A stretch of 58,499 nt of DNA. It comes from a virus (lineage: Duplodnaviria; Caudoviricetes). Of this stretch, positions 21,050 through 29,637 are shown in pieces. Position 1 is the first letter of the stretch. Each line of letters opens with the position of its first letter. The position numbers were made by a program, and so were the translations under genes. The notes under the pieces were generated by a model. That model searched no databases, was not told the DNA's origin, and saw only the letters and a list, made by a program, of their open reading frames with translations. The stretch lies in IMG/VR virus record IMGVR_UViG_3300027777_000004, positions 1-58,499 of that record, one strand, 5' to 3'.

Positions 21050-21952
21050 GTGGAACAGGGCGGTTTCCATCAGCTTCCCAAGCTGGATGTCGAGGGTTCG
21101 AGTCCCTTCGCCCGCTTTTTGTTTCCATCGCGGGGAAATTTTATTTCCCTGACGGTAGAGGAGTCAAGCCTCTATCACACTTGGCCGGAACCCAGTTGCT
21201 CCGACCTAAAGTTACTGGACGAAAGTCCCGTTGCTTACTACGAGCGCAAGGTCGCACAGACCGCGCCGCCCCGCACTGGCGAGGCTCTGTCCTACGGGAC
21301 ACTTTTGCATTCGTGGGCCGAGATCGGTGACGAGGCATTTTGGGCGCGGGCTGTCATCTGCCCCAACCAGTACGCCACAAGCACTGGCCTGTGGGGCAAG
21401 GTTACCGATGCGTGGGCGAGAGAGTTGCCGCCCGATGCTCTGCCGCTCGCGCCCGCTGACGGGCACAAGCTCAGGGCCCAGACCCTCCAAGTCCTTGCCA
21501 ACCCCGCCGCCCGCAAGCTGCTGACAACGGCCATCGTCAAAGAGGCCAACGTCCGGTGGCGTTGGAACGGACATCTAGTACGGTGCCGGTTCGACGGGGC
21601 GACAGAGGAGTGCTGGTGGGACATCAAGACCACCCGCGACCAGAAGCCGTTGGAGTCTTTTTGGCAGAGCGTCAAGACGTTCCGCTACGACATGCAAGCG
21701 GCCATGTATGAGTCAGCCATGGTGGCATGTGGCTGGGACTACCACCCGCTTGTTTTCATAGCCACATCAACAACGTACCCGTACCACTGCTCTGTGGTGA
21801 CGCTGCCGCCCTCTGTGACTGCCAGAGGGAAGGCCCGCTGTCTGCGGCTCCTCGACGAGCTTGAGACGCGCATCGACTTCGACCACTGGTTGCCCAGCGA
21901 CTACGGGCAAATCCAAGAACTTCCCTGCCCCCGTTTCTTCAAGGAGAGCTAG
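21050..21952 (+). CDS. PD-(D/E)XK exonuclease (RecE/Exo VIII-like); start uncertain
   Basis: YH...SCSDLK, GTLLH, RCRFD...WDIKTT, YDMQAAMY motifs. Confidence 0.8.
   Translation: MEQGGFHQLPKLDVEGSSPFARFLFPSRGNFISLTVEESSLYHTWPEPSCSDLKLLDESPVAYYERKVAQTAPPRTGEALSYGTLLHSWAEIGDEAFWARAVICPNQYATSTGLWGKVTDAWARELPPDALPLAPADGHKLRAQTLQVLANPAARKLLTTAIVKEANVRWRWNGHLVRCRFDGATEECWWDIKTTRDQKPLESFWQSVKTFRYDMQAAMYESAMVACGWDYHPLVFIATSTTYPYHCSVVTLPPSVTARGKARCLRLLDELETRIDFDHWLPSDYGQIQELPCPRFFKES
21068..21116 (+). other. attP: Putative attP core: 3' two-thirds of a tRNA-Gly(CCC)
   Basis: Anticodon arm TCAGC-TTCCCAA-GCTGG, T arm GAGGG-TTCGAGT-CCCTT, acceptor 3' strand CGCCCGC-T; non-canonical 5' half; ~180 bp upstream of int. 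Confidence 0.8.
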
Positions 21953-21954
21953 TT

Positions 21955-22620
21955 ATGGAAATAGGTATTAGACCAGCCCGCAAAATCTTTCTGTATAGGG
22001 AGAAGTCCGACCACACTGGTGAGCTGTATACGGCACTGGCCGCAGCAACAATGGCGTTCCTGCCCGTTGAGAAGGACACTGACGGTGAGTTCGGCAGGTA
22101 CGCCAGCCTGTCATCGCTGCACCGCTCGACCAAATTGCAATGTGCAGAGGTTGGGCTGGTAGTTACTGGCGAGACAACGCCCATCGACGGTGTTATCAAT
22201 CTGGCCGCTACCCTAGTCCACGGCCCATCGGACCAGTGGGTGTGTAGTGTCGTCGGCATCCGCGACAACGGTGACATCCGCAGGACGCTGGCAGACATTG
22301 GCTGGTGGAGAAGGACGCACTACGCCCTGCTCCTCAACCTCACTGCCGAAGCCGAGGGTGAGTCGCTACCGCCGTCCACAACGGTAGAGGGCGAGGACAG
22401 CCAGCCCGCCGCCAGTAATGGCGATTGGCTCATCCAACAACAGCTTGCCGTGGACGCTATTACCACGGCCACGACGACAGCCCGCATCAACAAGATTCTC
22501 GCCCGGGTGCGGGACAAGATCGTCGCCGGGGACATGAACCCTCATGGCCTTGGAGCCCTTGAGGCCATGGCCCAGCAACGCTTCGAGAACATCGCGGCAG
22601 AGAGGGCGGTGCCCGCATGA
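21955..22620 (+). CDS. ERF-like ssDNA-annealing protein (divergent)
   Basis: LYTALAAA...VEKD...YASL, LVHGPSDQW, WWRRTHYALLLNL resemble ERF; directly follows the exonuclease. Confidence 0.6.
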   Translation: MEIGIRPARKIFLYREKSDHTGELYTALAAATMAFLPVEKDTDGEFGRYASLSSLHRSTKLQCAEVGLVVTGETTPIDGVINLAATLVHGPSDQWVCSVVGIRDNGDIRRTLADIGWWRRTHYALLLNLTAEAEGESLPPSTTVEGEDSQPAASNGDWLIQQQLAVDAITTATTTARINKILARVRDKIVAGDMNPHGLGALEAMAQQRFENIAAERAVPA

Positions 22621-23063
22621 TCGACGCCGCTGAGTATATCCAGCTTCGCCAGCGGGTTCTCATCGCCGCCGAGGCTGCGCATCGCATCGCAATAAGCCCA
22701 CATCAAGTGGTGTTCTACGAGCAAGAGGATTACCAGACGGTGTTACATGCAATGGTCTGTCTGAAGGCAGACATTAGGAAATTGGTGTTCGAGTGTCAGA
22801 TTTTACGGGGAGCTAGTCATGGAGGCAACGATGGAGTCGCTGTACGTATTGTGGGAGGAGTGCCAGAGGGAGCCGATCACACGGGTAGCACTACGCAACG
22901 GCTACCCGTCGATGCAAGCCCTGCTATCGGAGTTCCGGCAGGCGGGCCTGACGGGGCGGCGACCAGCCGACCCAAGTCCCGACGAAATACGGGCCGAAAC
23001 CGAAAGCCTGCGGCAGAAGTGGTCAAAGTCAGTCGAGCAAAGCCGGTGGATCGGTCGCGGTAG
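22617..23063 (+). CDS. Hypothetical protein (3' half overprints the next gene)
   Basis: ATGA coupling to the ERF-like gene. Confidence 0.55.
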   Translation: MIDAAEYIQLRQRVLIAAEAAHRIAISPHQVVFYEQEDYQTVLHAMVCLKADIRKLVFECQILRGASHGGNDGVAVRIVGGVPEGADHTGSTTQRLPVDASPAIGVPAGGPDGAATSRPKSRRNTGRNRKPAAEVVKVSRAKPVDRSR

Positions 23064-23067
23064 GTAG
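22819..23067 (+). CDS. Hypothetical protein, possible HTH
   Basis: GGGAG RBS; DPSPDEI...W motif recalled from small phage proteins. Confidence 0.55.
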   Translation: MEATMESLYVLWEECQREPITRVALRNGYPSMQALLSEFRQAGLTGRRPADPSPDEIRAETESLRQKWSKSVEQSRWIGRGR

Positions 23068-23130
23068 GGATCGGCGTAGTCACTGGAGTGACTAGCACAG
23101 GAGTGCGTGTTCGCAGGGAGGTTGAGCGGT

Positions 23131-24693
23131 ATGAGTGGTCTACTGTTTCCTGAGATGGCGGCGGGGGGGGCGAAAACTCCCCCTCCGCTGCTAACGCTAC
23201 GGCCATACCAGCGGCAGGCTGTAGTCCGAGTCGTCACTGTCCTGAGTGACGCCCGGGCATGTCTAGTGATTGCTGCTACTGGTGTCGGCAAGACAGAGAT
23301 CATCTGTTCGCTCATAGACACACTAGATGGTGCCATGGAGGGTGCCCTAGTGATAAGCCCCCTCAAAGACTTGACTGCGCAGACAGCGGCGCGACTGAGG
23401 TCTAGGGGGGTGGCCTGCGGTGTCGAGCAGGGGACTAACTACAGTGCCGCGCCCGTAACCGTCGCGTGTTACAACAGCCTTCTCTCCCGGGGCCGCTACC
23501 AGAAGTATCTTGGCACGACCAAATTGGTAGTGGTGGATGAAGTCCATCTGAACTACTCACCCCGTAGCCTTGAGATGCTGCGGCAGTTCCGAGAGTGCGG
23601 AGCCCAGATTGTCGGGCTTACCGCCAGCCCCAATCGAACAAAGGGCGATCCGCTCACGGCCTTCTATGGGCCAGTGGCATACGAGTACCACTACCGGCAG
23701 GCGGTGGAGGATGGCTGGCTTGTGCCCGCGCGCGTGTGGATGACGGTTGTCGAGAGCCTCGACCTGTCAGCTTTCAAGAACGCCTTCGGGGATTTTGATC
23801 CGGCCAAACTAGCGGCCATCATGCAGCGGGAGACGGTCGTGCAGGGCATCGCGGAGATGATTGCCCAGCACCATGACGGTCAGCCGTCAGTGGTGTTTGC
23901 TGCGTCCATCCGGCAGGCCCAGCTAATCCAAGAGCTACTGCACCGGCGAGGCATCGTCGCGTCCATCGTCCACTCCAACATGGAGCCAGACGAGCGGGCC
24001 TACAACCTTTATCAGTTTGAGCATGGCGACAACAACATCATCATCAACGTCGGGTGTCTGACTCTAGGCTGGGACTGCCCTGCCGTCCGCAAGCTTTTCT
24101 TGGCCCGACCAACATCCTCGCCAAACACCTATATCCAAATGTTCGGGCGCGGCACCCGGGCACTCCCCGGCGTAGTTGATGGTCTGGCGACCCCTGAGTT
24201 GCGTCGAGCCGCTATCGCTGCGAGTGCCAAGAGCCACTTCGAGGTGTTCGACATCACCGACAGCAGCCGCCGTAACGATCTCTGCACCGCTCTTGTTGTG
24301 CTGCGCCCCGACATCGACGAGGAGCTGGCACGACGAACCCGCAAGAGGGGCGAGCAGGCCCCTAGGTTGCCCGAGGAGGTCGATGCGGTGGTCGAGCAGG
24401 AGAAACTGCGGATGCTGGCCGAGCAGGCTGCACTGGACGCCCTGACGGCTCAGAAGCGGATGCAGTTGACGGCCCGCGCCCAGCTAGGTGTGTACGAGCG
24501 CGACCCGCACGCGCCCGCCGAGGTGGTCGAGAAGGCCAAGAACTACTCATACCTGCCGTTCGGCAAGGCTCACAGAGGCAAGCCACTGACCCAAGTTCCT
24601 TCGGGCTATCTCCAGTGGGCCCTCCGCGAGGCCAGCCTTTCCAAGGGTTTGCGCGAGTCCATCCAGCGCGAGGTCAATCGCCGCCCCCACTAA
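23131..24693 (+). CDS. Superfamily II DNA helicase with C-terminal DUF3820-like domain
   Basis: LRPYQ, ATGVGKT (Walker A), VVDEVH, LTASP, GWDCP, QMFGRGTR; C-terminal PFGK..GKPL..VPSGYLQW. Confidence 0.92.
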   Translation: MSGLLFPEMAAGGAKTPPPLLTLRPYQRQAVVRVVTVLSDARACLVIAATGVGKTEIICSLIDTLDGAMEGALVISPLKDLTAQTAARLRSRGVACGVEQGTNYSAAPVTVACYNSLLSRGRYQKYLGTTKLVVVDEVHLNYSPRSLEMLRQFRECGAQIVGLTASPNRTKGDPLTAFYGPVAYEYHYRQAVEDGWLVPARVWMTVVESLDLSAFKNAFGDFDPAKLAAIMQRETVVQGIAEMIAQHHDGQPSVVFAASIRQAQLIQELLHRRGIVASIVHSNMEPDERAYNLYQFEHGDNNIIINVGCLTLGWDCPAVRKLFLARPTSSPNTYIQMFGRGTRALPGVVDGLATPELRRAAIAASAKSHFEVFDITDSSRRNDLCTALVVLRPDIDEELARRTRKRGEQAPRLPEEVDAVVEQEKLRMLAEQAALDALTAQKRMQLTARAQLGVYERDPHAPAEVVEKAKNYSYLPFGKAHRGKPLTQVPSGYLQWALREASLSKGLRESIQREVNRRPH

Positions 24694-24775
24694 AACAATA
24701 CTCATCTTGATAAGAGCGGTTCATTTTCTCGCAGCACCCGCCACTGTTAATCAAAAGCGCGAGCCTAAAGAAACG

Positions 24776-24971
24776 CCTGCCTACGCAGGAGCGGCTAGTC
24801 CGCGAAAGTCAGTAGACCCAGCACGAAATACCGGGCAACGGAACCGTACTCTGATCGGTGATAGCCCTACGTCCCGGTGGTGTTGAACTAGGCCAAATAA
24901 GGCTGGGCGAGCTTCCCAATACGGGACGACGAGGAGGCGACGGGCCTTCTCAGAACGGAAGCGGTCTAGCC
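24776..24971 (+). ncRNA. Candidate structured non-coding RNA or ssDNA element
   Basis: Nested stems 24793-803/24961-971, 24844-854/24950-958, 24864-867/24942-945, 24870-876/24922-928 in a 320-bp intergenic gap; strand assumed. Confidence 0.45.
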
Positions 24972-25014
24972 CCACCATTGCATAGTGCCAGAGCCAAACC
25001 AACAGGAGTTTTCC

Positions 25015-25272
25015 ATGAGAGAGATTGGTCATGCGGTCGGTTTTCTTATTAGGCGCACCAGTACGTGGACAGGAACGGCGCATCTATACGATGGCAAAGA
25101 TACCCACTGTCGAATGTGGTCTACCGGGGGCATGAGGAAGTCGAAATATGACTACTATCCAACCATTGATGCCGTACTTTCGGTCAACCAAAACGCCACA
25201 ATCTGCACCCTGTGCGCGGCCCGTGGCGTAGATGACGGCCCCGTCCACCAACAGGTCGGTGGTAGCTCTTGA
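25015..25272 (+). CDS. Hypothetical Cys/His protein
   Basis: AGGAG RBS; AHLYDG...HC...CTLC. Confidence 0.55.
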   Translation: MREIGHAVGFLIRRTSTWTGTAHLYDGKDTHCRMWSTGGMRKSKYDYYPTIDAVLSVNQNATICTLCAARGVDDGPVHQQVGGSS

Positions 25273-25323
25273 CACGCCCGTACAACTAAGAAAGACGGAC
25301 AACCCTAATAAGAGGAGCTGACG

Positions 25324-25671
25324 ATGCAGGTTACCTACAAGCTATCCAACTGCGAGCTGACCGTTGATGGGCCCGACGCCAAGGCTGTGTTTGATGAATT
25401 GGCCGGTGCCATGGAGGTGTTCGGCCACTCGCACTGCGGGGCCTGCGACTCGACTCGAATTGGTCTGGTAAGCCGTGACTATGAGGGCAATACGTACCGC
25501 GAGTGCAAGTGCATGGACTGCGGCTGTGTGCTGGGACTTGGCCAGCGGAAGGACGGCAAGCTGTTCCCCAAGCGGAAGGACAAGACCGGCGGCTGGATGC
25601 CCAATAACGGCTGGGCGAAGTATGGCAACAGGGACAACGACGCCGCCGATCCCTTCATGGAAAAGCATTAG
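25324..25671 (+). CDS. Zn-ribbon protein (possible ssDNA-binding protein)
   Basis: GAGGAG RBS; CGAC...CMDC; acidic C-terminus containing DPF. Confidence 0.6.
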   Translation: MQVTYKLSNCELTVDGPDAKAVFDELAGAMEVFGHSHCGACDSTRIGLVSRDYEGNTYRECKCMDCGCVLGLGQRKDGKLFPKRKDKTGGWMPNNGWAKYGNRDNDAADPFMEKH

Positions 25672-26201
25672 TGAAGCCCGACGCTGTATTCATCGGAAAC
25701 TTACGGCAGGCCGAGGAGGTCGAGCGTCTCCTATACACCCTGCTGCGTCCGCTGAATGCAGAGCTTCGCCCCAAGCCCCTTATCACTACGGGTAAGAAAA
25801 TAGTGATAGGGTTCGAGGACGACGGCGACATGACGTTCACGGGCAGAGTTGAGGTCAAGCACCGCAAGATCAAGTTCACTAATCAAGCTGACTTCCCCTA
25901 CCCTACGGTCATTTTGGATGAGACATACAAGTTGCGTCAGCCCCATGTGACACAGGGTATGTGGGAGCAGTTCTCGCACCGGGAGCAGCTAGCCCATATT
26001 CGGTGGTTCCACTCCTACTGGATTGTGTCTAGCGATATGAGATACGCCGCCGTGGTCAAGCCTCACACCAAGTCTCATTGGGTGCAGAGGCAAGTAAGAG
26101 ACAGGACAGAGGATCGTATGTGTCTGAACTACGAATGCCCCGTTGAGCATTGCCAGTGGGTAGGTATGACGCCGCAGGGTGTACGGGAGGCCCTCCAATG
26201 A
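25671..26201 (+). CDS. Putative PD-(D/E)XK nuclease
   Basis: E...DDGDM...VEVK motif. Confidence 0.5.
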   Translation: MKPDAVFIGNLRQAEEVERLLYTLLRPLNAELRPKPLITTGKKIVIGFEDDGDMTFTGRVEVKHRKIKFTNQADFPYPTVILDETYKLRQPHVTQGMWEQFSHREQLAHIRWFHSYWIVSSDMRYAAVVKPHTKSHWVQRQVRDRTEDRMCLNYECPVEHCQWVGMTPQGVREALQ

Positions 26202-26446
26202 ACGTCCCCTCCCAGCCCCCAGCTTGTTGCGGTAACTGTGTTCACTACCAGCCAATCGACCCACTGGCCGAGGGCGAACAGCTAGAGCTGTCGGGCGACA
26301 ACAAGCCCGGGGAGATCGGTCGCTGCACCCGGTATCCACCCGCGTTCTTCTACCCCAAGTTGCTTAATGCCGAGTTCCCGGTGGTGGGTGAGGAAGTGTG
26401 CTGCGGCGAGTTCAAGCTGCATCCCGAGCTAGAGGGAGTGCTGTAA
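26198..26446 (+). CDS. Small Cys-rich phage protein
   Basis: CGNCVHY...GRCTRYPP...CCGEF. Confidence 0.6.
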   Translation: MNVPSQPPACCGNCVHYQPIDPLAEGEQLELSGDNKPGEIGRCTRYPPAFFYPKLLNAEFPVVGEEVCCGEFKLHPELEGVL

Positions 26447-26919
26447 TGCTGCACATCCAGTGCTTCGACCCGCCACCCAGAAACCTGCTGCCAATGGCCC
26501 AACAGTTGGCCCACCTGTGCAAGCACGGCAGTGAAATGCAGGAGTTGTTCCGTAGCGTAGCTAACCAGCAAAGCCTGCCCCCCGCCGCCTATTCCCTGCA
26601 CATAGCGATAGCGTTTGTCCTCGACGAGGACGCGAGCCTAGAGCCGTGGGGATGGTCCGCACTCTCCATGTGGGACGGCCAGCTCTGCCTTCAGCAGTTC
26701 GTCGCGCGTGAGAAAAGAGAGCGTCATTTAGCGACTGCCCTCACCACTGCGCTGTTTCTGGATAGGGGTTGTCCAGAAACCCTCTGCGTGTTCGCGCCAG
26801 CATCAGCCCGTATTGCAACACGCCTTGGAGTAGCCGATGTGCGGCTGTTCAAGCGGGTGGCCGACGGCTGGCTACGGAGCGACCATGCAGACAGCCAACG
26901 AAGAGATGAGCCCGAATGA
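26446..26919 (+). CDS. Putative GNAT-fold acetyltransferase
   Basis: FVAREKRERHLATAL resembles GNAT motif A; TAATG coupling. Confidence 0.45.
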   Translation: MLHIQCFDPPPRNLLPMAQQLAHLCKHGSEMQELFRSVANQQSLPPAAYSLHIAIAFVLDEDASLEPWGWSALSMWDGQLCLQQFVAREKRERHLATALTTALFLDRGCPETLCVFAPASARIATRLGVADVRLFKRVADGWLRSDHADSQRRDEPE

Positions 26920-27268
26920 ATACATGCTGCTGCACGACTGCTGCGCGGTGTGTCACTGGCCTGCCCAGCGGCGGGGCAGGTGGATGGAGCTACACCACAT
27001 CGTCGGCGGCTCTGGCCGTAAGGACGTTGAGATTAACTATCTGTGTCTGTGCTGCCGCTGCCATCATGCCGTCCACAACAGCCTGCCGGGATACGGTGAG
27101 CTTCCCAAGGGGTGCTTGCTCGCAGCCAAGCGGGAGCAGGACGGTGCCGTTGACGAGACAGGGCTGGCTGCACTCAAGGGGCGGCGCGGACTCCCGTATG
27201 ACATCTGTCCCATTCCAGAGAAATTCCTAGCGGATCGCACTCAGAAGGGTGGAAGGTCATGGCCATAA
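26906..27268 (+). CDS. HNH endonuclease
   Basis: CAVC...ELHHI...NYLCLCCRCHHAVH. Confidence 0.8.
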   Translation: MSPNEYMLLHDCCAVCHWPAQRRGRWMELHHIVGGSGRKDVEINYLCLCCRCHHAVHNSLPGYGELPKGCLLAAKREQDGAVDETGLAALKGRRGLPYDICPIPEKFLADRTQKGGRSWP

Positions 27269-27645
27269 ATTCGAGACAGAAGGGCAAGACAGGCGAACTT
27301 GAAATTGTCCGTGTCCTCAAAGAGCTATTCGGTTGGAGTGGAAGGCGCACACAGCAGTTCAGCGGTTGGGCCAAGGGCGGTGCGAGTGCCGACATCTACG
27401 TTGACCAGACTCCCGACCTGTTCTACGAAATCAAAAGAGTCGAGCGGCTGAATATCAATAACGCCATGGCCCTGGCGGTAGAGCAGGCCGACCGCAAATG
27501 CCCAGTAGTCCTACATAGGATCAACCGCAGCCCAGATTGGTTGCTGACGATCCGGCTTCAAGACCTACCTCGACTCGCACACGCATATGAAGCGGCGGTG
27601 AACTGTGGCGACGGACATTCACAGGACGATTCGGTGGCTCCGTAG
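27259..27645 (+). CDS. Holliday-junction resolvase-like PD-(D/E)XK nuclease
   Basis: NSRQKGKTGELE...ADI...YEIKRVE. Confidence 0.75.
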   Translation: MAINSRQKGKTGELEIVRVLKELFGWSGRRTQQFSGWAKGGASADIYVDQTPDLFYEIKRVERLNINNAMALAVEQADRKCPVVLHRINRSPDWLLTIRLQDLPRLAHAYEAAVNCGDGHSQDDSVAP

Positions 27646-27910
27646 GCACTTCCAGCCCCGCACCCCGACCATGGTTAGGGTCGTGGATCGGTTGCCGGGA
27701 TGCCACGGCATCTGCTTGATTGGCGACGGACGCGCCCTTATTAAACTAGCCAAAGCAACAAAGGCCGTGATGGATGACACACTGATTGAGGAGTTCGCTC
27801 ATGTCCTGCGGCATGACTGCCCCCTGCCCATCACCGAAGACGATCACGACGCCCTCTTTTGGGCTATCTATGGAGCCATCCAAGCCAAGTGGCGAGGGGA
27901 ATCCCCTTGA
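27605..27910 (+). CDS. Small metallopeptidase-like protein
   Basis: TLIEEFAHVLRH...HDALF (HExxH variant). Confidence 0.5.
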   Translation: MATDIHRTIRWLRRHFQPRTPTMVRVVDRLPGCHGICLIGDGRALIKLAKATKAVMDDTLIEEFAHVLRHDCPLPITEDDHDALFWAIYGAIQAKWRGESP

Positions 27911-27948
27911 CCGTACCTGTCAAGGCAACTGTTGCAATAGGTGTAAAA

Positions 27949-28251
27949 ATGTCATGCGAGAATTGGTGGCACAAGCCCTGTCCTCGGCCCTCCCAGCCGG
28001 AACCGCAGGCTCTACCCGAGCCGCCGGAACCAGCCCCGACCCCAGTGACGCCTAGTCACTATCGCCAGCACCCTTCTGGCATACAGGCGATCACTATTAC
28101 CGAAGGATTTTCGTTCAATCTTGGGAACGTAGTGAAATACGTTTGGAGAAGCGACCATAAAAATGGGATTGAGGACTTAGAGAAGGCCCTATGGTATCTA
28201 GCCCGGGAGATAGACCGGCGCAAGGCGCAGTTGAAGGAGGAGGGCAAGTGA
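27949..28251 (+). CDS. DUF3310 (T7 gp1.7-like) protein
   Basis: PSHY...FNLGNVVKYVWRSDHKNGIEDLEKALWYL. Confidence 0.85.
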   Translation: MSCENWWHKPCPRPSQPEPQALPEPPEPAPTPVTPSHYRQHPSGIQAITITEGFSFNLGNVVKYVWRSDHKNGIEDLEKALWYLAREIDRRKAQLKEEGK

Positions 28252-28631
28252 TCCCAGATACCCTAGAGCAGGTCATACTCAGCGACCTAGAGCCCCTCTG
28301 CCCGCAGGAGCTAGAGGGTGGGATGCGGGCCCTCTGTACGCTCATGGTCAGTCGCACATGCACGGCACTGACGGGCAAGACGCAGCTTCGAGAGGACTCC
28401 ATGGGGGAGAAGCGGGCGGCTCAAGGCTGGCTGGAAGGTGGGGTAGGTACAGTCACATTTGAGCAGGCTTGCTCCCTTCTGGACTATGACTGCGAATGCG
28501 CCCGTAATCGCATCCTGCGATATGTAGCCACCGAAAAGGCCCGTACCATAAAGCTTATACCCCCCAAGGAAACCCGCTCATGCAGGACAACATCTACGCC
28601 TTCGACCCAGAGAGTCAGTCATACGGGTTGA
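28248..28631 (+). CDS. Hypothetical protein
   Basis: GGAGG RBS, GTGA coupling. Confidence 0.55.
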   Translation: MIPDTLEQVILSDLEPLCPQELEGGMRALCTLMVSRTCTALTGKTQLREDSMGEKRAAQGWLEGGVGTVTFEQACSLLDYDCECARNRILRYVATEKARTIKLIPPKETRSCRTTSTPSTQRVSHTG

Positions 28632-28921
28632 GCTGGTCTGCCCAGTTTGAGCTGGTCATGAAGTGGGCACCCGCTATCACATTGCTCACAGCAATAACAG
28701 GGTCGAAGCCGGGGCGGGACAGGGTCATGGCGGTTATGGCCATGCTGCAATACGCAGCGGCACAGACGCCGATCCCAGCGGACGACAAGGTCGCAGCCCT
28801 GACTGCAAAAATGTTGCTGACGGTCGAGGGGGGCGCGCTAGTAGACTATTTACACTCACTGTTCCTAGGACTAGCGGAGCCAAGCAATCATGCCCAGCCT
28901 GATCGACCTGCTGGTACTTAG
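28580..28921 (+). CDS. Hypothetical membrane-associated protein (lysis cassette?)
   Basis: AAGGA RBS; hydrophobic helices. Confidence 0.5.
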   Translation: MQDNIYAFDPESQSYGLSWSAQFELVMKWAPAITLLTAITGSKPGRDRVMAVMAMLQYAAAQTPIPADDKVAALTAKMLLTVEGGALVDYLHSLFLGLAEPSNHAQPDRPAGT

Positions 28922-29174
28922 TGGAATCGGCTGCATAGCCCTTTTCCCATACGCATTGCAGTATCTACGCAAGCTTCCAGCCAGACCGGCCCCGACCCCG
29001 GCGGTTGCGAACCATACGCAGTGGCAGACCCACTGGACTAACACCCTCATTCAGCTTCTCAATGAGCTGGATGAGAGCGGCGATCCCGAGGCAGTTGCGC
29101 TCACCCGCGACCTCATGTGGCAGATTTTGGGAGGCGGGGAAAGAAAGCCCGCCACGCATGGGGGGGTGAATTAA
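28890..29174 (+). CDS. Membrane-anchored protein (holin-like?)
   Basis: N-terminal transmembrane segment. Confidence 0.5.
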   Translation: MPSLIDLLVLSGIGCIALFPYALQYLRKLPARPAPTPAVANHTQWQTHWTNTLIQLLNELDESGDPEAVALTRDLMWQILGGGERKPATHGGVN

Positions 29175-29175
29175 T

Positions 29176-29637
29176 ATGCCCACCCTGCACCCAATCTACC
29201 GGATGGTCGCATGTGCCGCGATGGCCGGGATGTATCTGGTCTACCGGCACGGCGGCGGCGACCTGCGCGTCCCGCTGATCCCTATCCCGGCGGTCGCCCG
29301 AATACCGGAGCTAGTTGAGCTAGCCAAGGGCATGACCGCTCAGGATAAGCGGGCTCTCCGCGAGGCTTATCAAATCCTTGCCCGCTGCATCGCATCCGAC
29401 CCCGCCGACGAGCCGGTGTTCGATACTGTGCTGGCGATACGGGAAGCCCACAGAGCGGCCCTCCTGTGCGTCTGGCGGGGCGTGCTGAACAATCACCCCG
29501 GCAAGTACCCCGGCCTGCGAGAAGCCCTTGAGGGGGCCGTCCAGAAGCGGCTGGGCAGTGACGACGCCGCCGTGTCCCCGCCCATCCGGCAGGATGCTGC
29601 TGCCGTACTCAACGAAATAGCGGAGACGCTTCAGTGA
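29176..29637 (+). CDS. Membrane-anchored / secreted protein
   Basis: N-terminal hydrophobic segment, Pro linker, helical domain. Confidence 0.5.
   Translation: MPTLHPIYRMVACAAMAGMYLVYRHGGGDLRVPLIPIPAVARIPELVELAKGMTAQDKRALREAYQILARCIASDPADEPVFDTVLAIREAHRAALLCVWRGVLNNHPGKYPGLREALEGAVQKRLGSDDAAVSPPIRQDAAAVLNEIAETLQ

Noticed and set aside
21043-21116. Functional tRNA-Gly(CCC) gene
   Set aside because: A D-arm-like GGAA/TTCC hairpin is correctly spaced, but the acceptor stem has two mismatches (G-G, A-C) and U8/A14 are missing; next to int it is better read as attP
24694-25014. Known riboswitch or ribozyme (c-di-GMP-I, hammerhead, HDV-like)
   Set aside because: The required conserved cores could not be placed by eye; retained as an unassigned structured element
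25269-25300. Sigma-70 promoters at TTGACA hexamers (25269; also ~41410 on the minus strand)
   Set aside because: No acceptable -10 hexamer at 16-18 bp spacing
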